Shown one piece after another: positions 49,835 through 60,737 of a stretch of DNA of 64,000 bases. The translations under genes were made by a program, and so were the position numbers. Every line of letters begins with the position of its first letter. Positions within the stretch are counted from its first letter, which is position 1. The DNA comes from Malacoraja senta (Eukaryota). The notes under the pieces were generated by a model. It searched no databases. It was not told where the DNA came from and saw only the letters and a program-made list of their open reading frames with translations. The DNA lies in NCBI GenBank assembly GCA_038087875.1, contig CM075997.1, positions 5,582,001 to 5,646,000 of the forward strand, given 5' to 3'.

Positions 49835-50450
49835 GCAATACTTTCCCTTGCAACCGCAGGAAATGCTACACTTGTCGCTTTACCTCCCCCCTTGACTCCA
49901 TCCAAGGACCTAAGCAGTCTTTCCAGGTGCGGCAGAGGTTCACCTGCACCTCCTCCAACCTCATCTATTACATCCGCTGTTCTAGATGTCAGCTGCTCTA
50001 CATCGGTGAGACCAAGCGTAGGCTTGGCGATCGCTTCGCCCAACACCTTCACTCAGCTCACAATAACCAACCTGATCTCCCGGTGGCTCAGCACTTCAAC
50101 ACCCCCTCCCATTCTGAATCCAACCTTTCTGTCCTGGGCCTCCTCCATGGCCAGAGTGAGTCCCACCATAAATTGGAGGAGCAGCACCTCATATTTCGCT
50201 TGGATAGTTTACACCCCAGCGGTATGAACATTAACTTCTGCAATTTCAGGTAGTCCTTCCTTTCTCCCTCTTTCCCCTCCCCTTCCCAGCTCTCCCACAG
50301 CCCACTGTCTCCGCCTCTTCCTTTCTTCTTTCCGCCCCCACCACCCCCACATCAGTCTGAAGAAGGGTCTCGACCCGAAACGTCACCTTTTCCGTTCGCT
50401 CCATAGATGCTGCCTCACACGCTGAGTTTCTCCAGCATTTTATATCTACA
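49835..50450 (+). mobile_element. Penelope-like element (Neptune-type) GIY-YIG endonuclease plus 3' UTR/pLTR
   Basis: PCNRRKCYTC...FTCTSSNLIYYIRCSRCQLLYIGETKRRLGDRFAQH...HF...LEEQHLIFRL...GMN, stop at 50253. Hammerhead-like motif downstream. Confidence 0.93.
50357..50384 (+). ncRNA. Minimal hammerhead-ribozyme-like core in the Penelope 3' region
   Basis: CUGAAGA, extra A, helix II GGGUC/GACCC, then GAAAC-GUC with palindromic ACGU. Helix I is weak. Confidence 0.55.
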
Positions 50451-51082
50451 CGCAATATCAAGAGGCTTGGTTGAGTCACAAGCCAACCCTGCACAGGAAT
50501 TTGCACTGATCTTTATCAGAGGAGCTGTGTAGCCTCCACTAGAGGACCCTTGATACCTATGGTGAAGCTAGAAGAAGAAGATAAAAAAGGAAGACTTGTA
50601 ATTAGACAGGACCTTGTCCCAAAGTGTTTAACAAGCAATGAAGTATGTTTTGCAATATGTAGACCCTTGTAATGTGGGAAACATAGCAGCTATTTTGCAC
50701 TCCCACATTTAAAAAGGAATGTGATGAACCTTGCCATAGTACATTGTAGTCATATTGAGTGAGAGATAATACTGGCCAGGACATAGGAGTTAGCGCATTT
50801 GCTGATCAAAATAAAACCATGGCATTTGTCCATTCACCTGAGGGAAATTGTACGGTCTTGAATTAATGTCCAGAAACATTAAACTGAGGCAGTACGGCAC
50901 TCCTCAGCACTGCACTGGAATGTCAGCCTCGACTTAGTGAGATCGAGTATCAGGAATAATCTTCTGTGCCATTTTGTAAAGCTACTTCTGAACATGCTCA
51001 AGGTTTCTAATCTCATTAAACACACTTCAAAGGTTCAAAGGTCAGTTTAATGTCACGTACCAATTAAGGTACAGTGAAACTC

Positions 51083-51453
51083 AATAGACAATAGGTGCAG
51101 GAGTAGGCCATTCGGCCCTTCTAGCCAGCACCGCCATTCAATGTGATCATGGCTGATCATCCCCAATCAGTACCCCGTTCCTGCCTTCTCCCCATATCCC
51201 CTGACTCCGCTATTTTTAAGAGCCCTATCTAGCCCTCTCTTGAAAGCATCCAGAGAACCGGCCTCCACCGCCCTCTGAGGCAGAGAATTCCACAGACTCA
51301 CCACTCTCTGTGAGAAAAAGTGTTTCCTCGTCTCCGTTCTAAATGGCTTACTCCTTATTCTAAAACTGTGGCCCCTGGTTCTGGACTCCCCCAACATCGG
51401 GAACATGTTTCCTGCCTCTAGCGTGTCCAAACCATTAACAATCTTATACGTTT
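51083..51453 (-). mobile_element. CR1 3' fragment
   Basis: ORF 51167..51493 C-terminal part, FFSQRVVSLWNSLP. Confidence 0.9.
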
Positions 51454-52764
51454 TCTCTAATCTTACTCGAATTACTTTAAACCATAATCGCATTTTCTTT
51501 GCCAGTAAACGTATAAATTTACAAGCAAAACTTGAGAAGCTATTAATTTATAAATGCTGCCACTAAATGAGCATGAAAATACTGACTGCTAGTTGGAATT
51601 CTGGCATCTGAATTCTGGAATTCTGGAATTCTGGCATCTGGAATGTTCAATGAGTTAATGCAACACATAACTCGTCATCATTCATGTTCGTCTCTGACAT
51701 AGAGCCATGCGCATCTTGCTATTATCATTGTTTTATGAACAACCAATAGCATTACTGGACTCGATCAGAAATTGCCAGTGGAGCAGATGGCCTTTGATGA
51801 TGGCTTCGCTCTGCAGTTATAGCTCACTGATGCTGCCATTGTAACTCTACTCCTGCATTATAGCCTTGTGTTACCACAGAAGGACTGTGCCAATAATAAT
51901 CTTTGTTGATTGTTAATCAACCTGTGAATCCATCTATTACTTCACGCTAATCCCAATGTCAATGATTTTTAGCCAAAACAGACGTTTCAAAACTGATATT
52001 GGAACAATGTCTGCCAATGTCATGGGACAGGGATGATGAAATAGCAGATAATTGCAGTAATGAGATGAAGCAGACAATCCAACATATCCCTCGGGATAAT
52101 TCTTGGTCTATTTACCCAATTGAGCTGTGGCAAACAATGAATCTCCCGAATTAAAGATATATATAGCCAAGTTTTCAACATTGAGATTAAAAAACTGCGG
52201 ATGCTGAAGATACAAAAATATTTTGATGATAGGTCTTCAATCCAATGTTATCCCTTCCAACAGATGTGTCATGGCCTGTGCAGCATTTCCCAAAGGTTCT
52301 GTTTCTATTCCAGCTTTTGACAGCTATTTAACATGCTTGTAGCATATACACATCTCTGTCCATTGGACAAGGACAGAAATATGATTACAAAGTTAGATTT
52401 AGCTCTTAGGACAAAAGGAATCAAGGGATATGGGGAAAAAGCAGGAACGGGGTACTGATTTTACCTGATCAGCCATGATCATATTGAATGGCGGTGCTGG
52501 CTCGTAGGGCTGAATGGCCTACTCCTGCACCTATTGTTCTATGTTTCTATGTTTCTTCAGCATCTGCAGTTCCTTCTTATACACTTGTACTTTTCTGTTT
52601 CTATGTTCTGTGCACATTAATATTAATTATTTTATTGCTATGTTTAACATAATATTAAACCTTAGTTACAGTAATGCTTAAAAAATACTTGTTAATGTTT
52701 GTGCTGTGTCTGGACTAGTGTTCCACACACCTAGTTTAGTGCTGCTTCCACCTTGAGGAATCGT

Positions 52765-53880
52765 AGAACATAGAAGAGTACAGCACACAAACAGGCCCTT
52801 CGGCCCACAATGTCTATGCCGAACAGGATGTTAGGTTAAACTAATCTTCTCTGTCTGCACATGATCCATATCCCTCCATATCCATGTGCCTATCTAAAGG
52901 GCCTGTCCCACTTGGCCGTCATTTGCGCCTCATTTACGCGTCATATGTAAAATAGGTCGACGCGTTGTTACGTGCGACGTCGCACGCAAATCACGCGTCA
53001 TCATGCCATCTGGTGCTCGTGACGTCATTAGAATACCCTGCGGGGCGCGGTGACGCATGGTTACGCACGGTGACGTAACCATGCGTCACCACGCGGTACA
53101 CGTGAGACGTCGGGACGCCAATACGTCAGTGTGCGTACACGATACGTCATGCAGGTGGCGCACGAGGATTTCGTGCAGCACCAAATCTTGGAGCGCCACG
53201 CGATACCGCGCGCAACTCCACGCTCCTCCACGCCTCTCCATGTTCCCGTCCCGCGCTACCCACACGCTACCCGTGCATCACAACGCGACCACATTTTTGA
53301 AGGTCGCGTAAACGGCACGCAAATGACGGCCAAGTGGGACAGGCCCTTAAAAGCCTCTTAATTGTCACTATCATATCTGCCTCTACCACCACCCATGGCA
53401 CGGCATTCCAGGCACCCACCACTCTGCCTAAATAACTTTGACCCGCGCATCTCCTTTAAACTTTGCCCCTCTCACCTGAAACTTATGCTCTCTTGTCTTT
53501 TGCATTAGCACGCTGGTAAATACGTTCTGACTTATCTCTGCCTCATAATTATATATACATCTATCAGATCCCCTTGTCTGCAATGCACCAGAGAAAACAA
53601 TCCAAGTTTGTCCATGCTCTCCTTTTAGCTCATTCCCTCTAATCCAGGGAGCTTTCTGGTGACCCTTTCCTGCACCCTCTTTCAAAGCCCCCACATCCTG
53701 CCTGTAATGGGGTGACCAGAACTGCACACAATACTCTGTAAGCGCAGCCTAACCAAAATCGTATTAAGCTGCAACATGACTTCCTGACTCTTATACTCAA
53801 AGCCTCGACTAATGAAGGCAGGCAGACCATACACCTTCTTTACCACTCTATCCACTTGTGTTGCCACGTTCAAGGAGATG
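52765..53880 (-). mobile_element. Old CR1 3' region split by a MITE
   Basis: QFWSPHYRQDV and DRVVKKVYG remnants. The 3' UTR resumes on both sides of 52898-53347. Confidence 0.8.
52898..53347. mobile_element. Harbinger-like MITE (450 bp) with TAA TSD
   Basis: TIR AGGGCCTGTCCCACTTGGCCGTCATTTGCG. TAA at 52895-52897 and 53348-53350. Removing it restores the CR1 sequence TATCTAAAAGCCTC. Confidence 0.92.
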
Positions 53881-53983
53881 TATACTTGAAATTATCACAG
53901 TAATGAGGCTGGTAGGACACTGGGAGTGGTTCAGCCATAAAAGCTCCAAGAAGCATGTGTAGGATATTAATACACGGTCCTGA

Positions 53984-54140
53984 TCTCTGCTGCTCTTGTG
54001 CCTCTCCATGTGCCGGTCTCTGCTGCTTGTGCCTCTCCATGTGCCGGTCTCTGCTGCTCTTGTGTCTCTCCATGTGCCGGTCTCTGCTGCTCTTGTGTCT
54101 CTCCATGTGCCCGTCTCTGCTGCTCTTGTGCCTCTCCGTG
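53984..54140. repeat. Minisatellite, 33-bp unit x~4.8
   Basis: TCTCTGCTGCTCTTGTG(C/T)CTCTCCATGTGCCGG in tandem; one copy is 31 bp. Confidence 0.95.
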
Positions 54141-54709
54141 ACCACATACATTTTCTCCCATATCCTAAATGGCCAAGTTCATAACATTCTTTATTCTAAG
54201 GCTATGACCTCTGGTCCTAGACTCTCCTAGTGGAAACATCCTCTCCACATCCACTCTATCCAGGCCAAGTTTGTTAGGTTAACTGACCATTGTAAATTGC
54301 CCATGGATTGTAGGTGTTGAGGAGTCTGGAGTACAATTCAAAAAATGGTGAAGGTAGACACAAAATGCTGGAGTAACTCAGGCGGGTCAAGCAGCATCTA
54401 TGGAGAGAAGAATGGCCGACCGTTTTGGGTCAAGACCCTTCTTCAGGGCACTGATGGTCAGGAGGAGAGGCTGCATTACCTCCACTCTCCAGTCAGCTCT
54501 GCATTTTCTGAATAAGACATTTGGGCAATTTTCCAATTAGCAGACAACTCCAATGTTGTACTTGTCCTTGAACAGTTTGGATTGAGGAATGTAATACCAA
54601 GGACTGCAGATACTAGTTTACCAAAGACAAAAGCTGGAGTAACTCAGCGGGTCAAGCAGCATCTTTAGAGAAGATAGATAGGTTTCAAGTCGGGACCCAT
54701 CTTCAGACT

Positions 54710-55609
54710 AATAAGCGAGTTCGGTATTCCGAAAAATGCAGGGAATCATGGATTTGTCAAAGGTCACTCGCTATAAAGAAACAGCTAACGAAGCACTGAC
54801 TGTATAAACTGTGTATAAATTCTTATCTTTATTCATGATTTATGTGTAAGCATATATTTAATCTGAGGAACTGGGGTGTCAGGTAGCGGGGAGAGCGGGG
54901 TGTAACAGCGAGAGAGAGGGGGCAGATGCAAGTGGGAGACGGGGGGAGAGACTGGGACTGGCGGAGAGACATTCTCAGCAGCTGCTGGCACACAAACCCG
55001 CACCTCATCCGCAGCCAGGATCGAACCCGGGTCCCTGGTGCCATAAGCGCTGCCGAACCACCACTGGACCGTCCCCATCCCCGTCCCCCCAGAGCAGAGC
55101 CGAACTGGAGCCAGTGCCCCCCCCCCTCCTCGCTGGCTGCAAGTCTGGGGCCGCCACCCACTCCGGGACGGCCCCAGACTGCCAGCCAACCCGGCGGGAC
55201 CGGCAGAGCCGAGCTGGAGCCAGCGCCATCGCCATCGCCCCCCCCCCCCCTCCACGCCAGCTGCAAGTTGGGGCTGCCAGGACCACCCCGGACACCTCCG
55301 GCCACTCCCGGTCAGGGACGGGACACCCGGGAGGGGACGGGACACCCGGGAGGGGACGGGACACCCGGGAGGGGACGGGACACCCGGGAGGGATGGGGGA
55401 CACCCGGGAGGGATGGGGACACCCGGGAGGGATGGGGACCACCCAGCAGCAAACTCAACAGCGCCCGCAGCACCGGAGACCTGGGCCCGACCCCGACCAC
55501 AGACGAAAATCAAGCCTGCACACAACGCAGCACCACAGTTGCCGAGAATGTTTATAGCGAGCGACCTATGACCTGGGCATGCACAGTCGGAATACCAAAC
55601 TCGCTTATT
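54710..55609. mobile_element. Non-autonomous TIR element (900 bp), superfamily uncertain
   Basis: AATAAGCGAGTTCGGTATTCCGA (54710-54732) versus TCGGAATACCAAACTCGCTTATT (55587-55609): 22/23 inverted match. Confidence 0.75.
55320..55440. repeat. G-rich minisatellite, 19-20-bp unit x~6
   Basis: GGGACACCCGGGAGGGGAC and GGGACACCCGGGAGGGATG(G) units. Confidence 0.93.
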
Positions 55610-56186
55610 CCAGAGTGCGACTCCACACTAAGCCTAGTATAATTTAGTTTAGAGATACAGCACAGAAACAGGCCCTTCGGCCCACCAAGTCTGCACCAAC
55701 CAGTGACCCCCGCACATTAACACTATCCTACACACACTAGGGACATTTTACATTTACACCAAGCCAATTAACCTACAAATTTGTACGTCTTCAGAGTGTG
55801 GGAGGAAACTGGGCTCGTGCCGTCAGGGTAGGCAAGGTAGGCAGTGCCTACCCTGACTAAAATTATAAAAAGTTAATTATTAAATATAAATAGTAAACAT
55901 TTCCAATTCATTTACTAAATTCAGTATTTATTATTAAACGGTTATTATTTTAATAATCGATCCTAGGTAGGTGTAATTCTCCCGTGCCTTTAATCCGCAG
56001 CACGTGTAATACGCGTAACTATGTTCAACTCGCGTGCCGTGGACGCTGCTTCAAGCCTTCACTTACAACAGGTAATAAAGGCAGCTGAAATCCTGCCTTT
56101 GCACCATGGACTGTGCGCAAGGTGCTGTACAGGCCCACAGGAGACGAGACCAAACTGCGCAAACAATGGACAACCCTCAACCGCTT

Positions 56187-56640
56187 AGATACATAGATAC
56201 ATAGAAAATAGGTGCAGGAGTAGGCCATTCGGCCCTTCGAGCCTGCACTGCCATTCAATACGATCATGGCTGATCATCCAACTCAGTATCCCGTACCTGC
56301 CTTCTCTCCATACCCCCTGATCCCTTTAGCCACAAGGGCCACATCTAATTCCCTCTTAAATATAGCCAATGAACTGGCCTCAACTACCCTCTGTGGCAGA
56401 GAGTTCCAGAGATTCACCACTCTCTGTGTGAAAAAGTTTTTCCTCATCTCGGTCTTAAAGGATTTCCCCCTTATCCTTAAGCTGTGACCCCTTGTCCTGG
56501 ACTTCCCCACATCGGGAACAATCTTCCTGCATCTAGCCTGTCCAACCCCATAAGAATTTTGTAAGTTTCTATAAGATCCCCCCTCAATCTTCTAAATTCT
56601 AGCAAGTACAAACCGAGCCTATCCAGTCTTTCTTCATATG
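56187..56640 (-). mobile_element. Young CR1 3' fragment running into the gap
   Basis: YEERLDRLGLY...FFTQRVVNLWNSLP and (TATCTATG)n tail. Confidence 0.92.
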
Positions 56641-56840
56641 NNNNNNNNNNNNNNNNNNNNNNNNNNNNNNNNNNNNNNNNNNNNNNNNNNNNNNNNNNNN
56701 NNNNNNNNNNNNNNNNNNNNNNNNNNNNNNNNNNNNNNNNNNNNNNNNNNNNNNNNNNNNNNNNNNNNNNNNNNNNNNNNNNNNNNNNNNNNNNNNNNNN
56801 NNNNNNNNNNNNNNNNNNNNNNNNNNNNNNNNNNNNNNNN
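56641..56840. other. Assembly gap (200 N)
   Basis: Run of 200 N. Confidence 0.99.
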
Positions 56841-58270
56841 TGACTTTGGCCAGTTGTGGAGAAATAGAGGATTCTTGACTTCAGCGGGAACACAGATATC
56901 CCACCAGAAATCAGTCTCAGACCTGTTACAAGCCTTAATGTTGCCAAAACAAATTTCCGTGATGAAATATAGTGCCCATACTAAAGGTTAAACCCAGTAG
57001 ATATAGGAAATCATCGTGCTGACCAAAAACGCTATAGAAATGTCCTGGGAGCGCAGGGTGTTTGTACCTAAAATGATGAGGCAGACTAAAAGTATAGATA
57101 AAGGCAAGTCTCCCTCAGAAAAGCCAATGCCAACTATCCAAGACGTCATTAGGTTACAGGTGGACACTCCTGAGAAAGATGTAAAATTATGGAATCAACA
57201 CGGTTGTAACGGTTAATTGTCTGTTGGGATTGTGGGTTACCCCGGCAGGACAAACTTGTATGTCAGATGAATTAGCAATATGGGTTATGGAATGTGTACA
57301 TGTTGCAACTGATTGCGGTGTTCAAGCAACCGGCGATAGACTATTAGCTATATGGTGGCATCCGAGGTTGCAAACTCTGGCGCAGAGGATTAGGAGCCAT
57401 TGTCTGATCTGTCAGCAACATGATCCCAGGAAAGGCGTGAACTGTGGAAGTGGGAAAACACCCTTACCCATAGGTCCTTTTGAAACCCTCCAGATGGACT
57501 ACATTGAGGTGGAAAGATGTCAGGGATATAAATATGTGTTGGTAATAGTAGATGTATTCAGTAAATGAATTGAAGCCTATCCTACAGTGGACAACAAAGC
57601 TTCAACAGTGGTCAAGGTATTAATGAGAGAGATTATTCCGAGATACGGAATTCCAATTCGGCTAAATTCAGATAATGGTCCTCATTTTATAGGACAAGTA
57701 AATAAAGAGTTTTGTGAACAAATGGGCATTCAGCAGCAGTTACACTGTGCCTATCGACCACAGGCTGCTGGACTTGTTGAAAGAGCTTGAACCAGATATT
57801 GAAAACTAAACTTGCCAAATTAACAGCTGATACAGGGGCTAACTGGTTTAAAGTACTTCCTGAAGCATTATTCCAGATACACACCAGCAGGAAGAGCACG
57901 ATTGAGCCCAGCAAAAATTATATATGGTCGTCCACTCAGAACCCCATGGAATCAGAGTACCCCAAGAGTTGTTCATTTTCATCATATGACCACAAAAATG
58001 ACAGATTATGTTTTATCCTTAAGCAAAGTATTAAAAGATTTGCATTCCAGGGTATGAGCGGCGTATATTGAACTACCACCTTTATCTACCTCATCTAGAG
58101 TTGAGCCCAGTGTTTTTGTGATGGTAAAAAACTGGGTAAGAAATGGTCTGGATGCTCGGTGGGAAGGACCTTATCAGGTCCTCCTCACAACCCCGACTGC
58201 TGCCAAGGTAGAAGGGAGAAATGCGTGGGTCCACCTTCACCATTGCAAAATTATTAGTAGTAATACTTAA
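56841..58270 (+). pseudogene. pol: Endogenous retrovirus pol 3' part (RNase H end and integrase), class I/epsilon-like, with stops and frameshifts
   Basis: RNase H: LWRNRGFLTSAG...AHTKG...GNHRAD. Integrase: WWHP...CLIC, LQMDYIE, SDNGPHF, PQAAGLVER and [18 protein letters not shown]...WVHLHHCK. Stop at 58268-58270. Confidence 0.92.
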
Positions 58271-58537
58271 GTTGCTAACTTCTTTTTTAGAGATTTCTTT
58301 AAGTTATCCTAGACACGCTGCTGCTATTTGATACCCTGGACTACTGGTTGTGAGGAAAAGGTATGCTAACGTGAATGGCCACAGAGGATCCACACCCAAG
58401 AAAAGTCGGGAAGTGCAGACTCACTCCTGGCATAACTTCACCATCATCACTGTTGGATTACTGAATTATGAACTGTTGTCATTTCACCTGCTTGTAATGG
58501 GATCATTTACGGAAAGAGTTGGTTAACATAGAATGAT

Positions 58538-58549
58538 AAAAGGGGGGAA
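58538..58549 (+). other. Retroviral polypurine tract
   Basis: AAAAGGGGGGAA immediately followed by TG. Confidence 0.85.
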
Positions 58550-59146
58550 TGTGAATATGCAGGGATTTGGGTACTTTGGAAATGGCAGATGTCTGTGAAA
58601 GACTGGGCTTTACAGATAGTGACAATACATTGCAAGGTGCTGGAGACCCATGTGACCCACCTGTCACCACCAAGTCTGGGTTCCTAAAGAGGTTTCTGTT
58701 ATGTTTCAGTATACTGACGCTTAATGCATGTCTGTGATTGGTTGGGGAAGCTTTATGTTTCTACTTTGTTTCGGTACCTTCCTGCCGGTATTTGTGATTG
58801 GTCTAAGAGGGGTCACCTTACCTAATATGTATTTACCTTGTTTCTGTGTAATGAATAAGTGCCGTGATTGGTTTGTAGGGGCTGATCCCCCCTCACCCAC
58901 CCTGTACTTGCAAGCCGTTAGTTTTCCCGCCGCTGTATAGGGGTATAAAAGGGTGGGTAATTCGTTAGGGTGTGTCGGTTGTCTTTTCCTTCTGTTCTGT
59001 TTACGAGAGGCTGCTGAGGGCTCGAGTAAGTGGATCCAAGGCCGGCCCCACGGTGTTGTATACAAACAAAGAGGGTTTGGACTCCAGTGTTCGACATTGA
59101 TTTACTGACCCAGACAAGGGAGTGAGTATTAGTTCCAGAATCAACA
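58550..59146 (+). mobile_element. 3' LTR of the ERV (3' end uncertain)
   Basis: Starts TGTGAA right after the PPT. Three GTGATTGGT motifs and TATAAAA at 58944-58950. Candidate CA ends at 59143 or 59146. Confidence 0.75.
58734..58950 (+). promoter_or_regulatory. LTR U3 promoter: three inverted CCAAT boxes plus TATA box
   Basis: GTGATTGGT at 58734, 58794 and 58864. TATAAAA at 58944. Confidence 0.6.
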
Positions 59147-60019
59147 TTTGCAACTGCATCGTTATTTCTCAAGAAAGCCATAATTCAATCATTACATTGT
59201 CTCCTCCATGTCTGCTAGCCTTTGTGCCTAACTAAGCCCACTATTGCTTGGTGTACCATCAATGGGTTTTAGTTGTGGATTCAGCAAGTTCCCTGGCCCT
59301 TCTGGCACAGGGCCTCTCCGTGACAAGCATGTGTTATCAATATTTCATTATCTCTTTCTATAAAGTATGAGGTTATCTTCCTCTCTTTCCACGCACACAT
59401 GTTCTCCTCAATAACATTCATCTATGTGGTTGGACTTAAGGCCTATGTCCTGCTGCGAGTGTAGCCACTCCTATTAAGATATATGCGGTGGCAATTTAAC
59501 ACAATGTTAGTTTTATGCCAGTCGGTAAAATGGAATGGAATCTCTTTGTCACAGCAATATCATTTGATTGTGGAGACAAATGATGTGGTAAAATGAAAAT
59601 TTTCTGATTAGGCCTTCATTCAACAAAAAATAAATAGCATCAGGGAAAGGAAACAGTGATCTATTTGCAGTAAATCATTGCAAATTCGAAGGTCAAATTC
59701 ACTGAGACTGATGGTGTCTTTAAAAGTGTGAAAGCATGTAGGAGTTAAATTGAAATAGATTTGCATTAATTCAGTACCTTTTGCAATCTGGGATGTCATC
59801 ATATTCTTTCTGAAATATCATCATTAATTTAACGTGGGAAGTGTGGCATCCATTTTGCACACAGCAATTTCCCAAGTAGAAAATGACTACCTTACCACTT
59901 TAGTTATGTTAGTTGAGGAACATATTTTGAGCAGGCATATAGGATAACTCTTTTTCTTGTATCCAAGAAATCAGACAGGGCATAGCAATTGTATTGCATT
60001 ATGCAGCTTTCATGCACTA

Positions 60020-60737
60020 TCCGGTTCTGGTGGCGCTGTGAGTCGGCTGCCTCGCCTACAGCAGGTTCATTGTTTTTTTAGTTTGTCCAAAAGTATGTTT
60101 TAGTGTTTCTCTGTATGTCTTGTGTGGGGAGTGGTGGGGGGAATAGGGGGAAACTGTTTTCGGGCACCTACCTCGACGGAGAGGCAACTTTCTTCCTTGT
60201 CGCTTCTTTGACCCCCTCCTCGCGGCCTTACAGCTGGTTTGGCGCGGCCTTCCCGGAGTCGTGCGCAGAGCTTTAGCAGCAGTGCAGCAGGGACCTTAAC
60301 ATCACAGGCCCAGAGCTTCAGCGGTGGCACAGCGGGGACTATAACATCGCGGACCCCCTTGCCCGGGATCCCGGAGAAGCACTCCAACCGCTGGTCTGCG
60401 GCCTACAAGGCGGTGAGGAGGTGGCCAATTGGTTGCTCCAGGCCACGTTGTGTGCTCGACCTGTCCCGACGTCGGCGTTCCGTCCATCCCGACCAGAGGG
60501 TTTGACGTAGCGGCGACTATGGAGGGTCAGGGCCCCGACCACAGTTGAGCAAGGGAGGAGGAGGAGGACTGTCTGAACTGTATTGCCTTCCACCACAGTG
60601 AAGAATGCTGTGGTGGATGTCTGTGTTGAATTATGTTGTGTATTATGTCCTTTTTTAATTGTAACACTGTATGGTAAATTACATTTCACTGTGTCTTATG
60701 GTGCATGTGATAAATACATTTGAACTTGAACTTGAAC
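60020..60737 (+). mobile_element. GC-rich non-autonomous retroelement with Rex1-like tail
   Basis: No credible ORF. Internal ~45-bp direct repeats. Ends ATTTCACTGTG...CATGTGATAAATA and (GAACTT)n, like the Rex1 tails in this window. Confidence 0.55.

Noticed and set aside
51790..52010. C/D box snoRNA-like motifs (TGATGA...CTGA)
   Set aside because: The box spacing is too short and there is no convincing terminal stem.
53848..54230. Repetitive ORFs such as (ERHKSSRDRHM)n
   Set aside because: They are translations of a 33-bp minisatellite that is open in many frames, and one 31-bp unit breaks the frame.
54829..55642. Several 145-238 aa Pro/Gly-rich ORFs
   Set aside because: They overlap on both strands and arise from stop-poor GC-rich minisatellite sequence.
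56600..56900. CR1 inserted in or fused to the ERV pol
   Set aside because: They are separated by a 200-N scaffold gap, so adjacency is not established.
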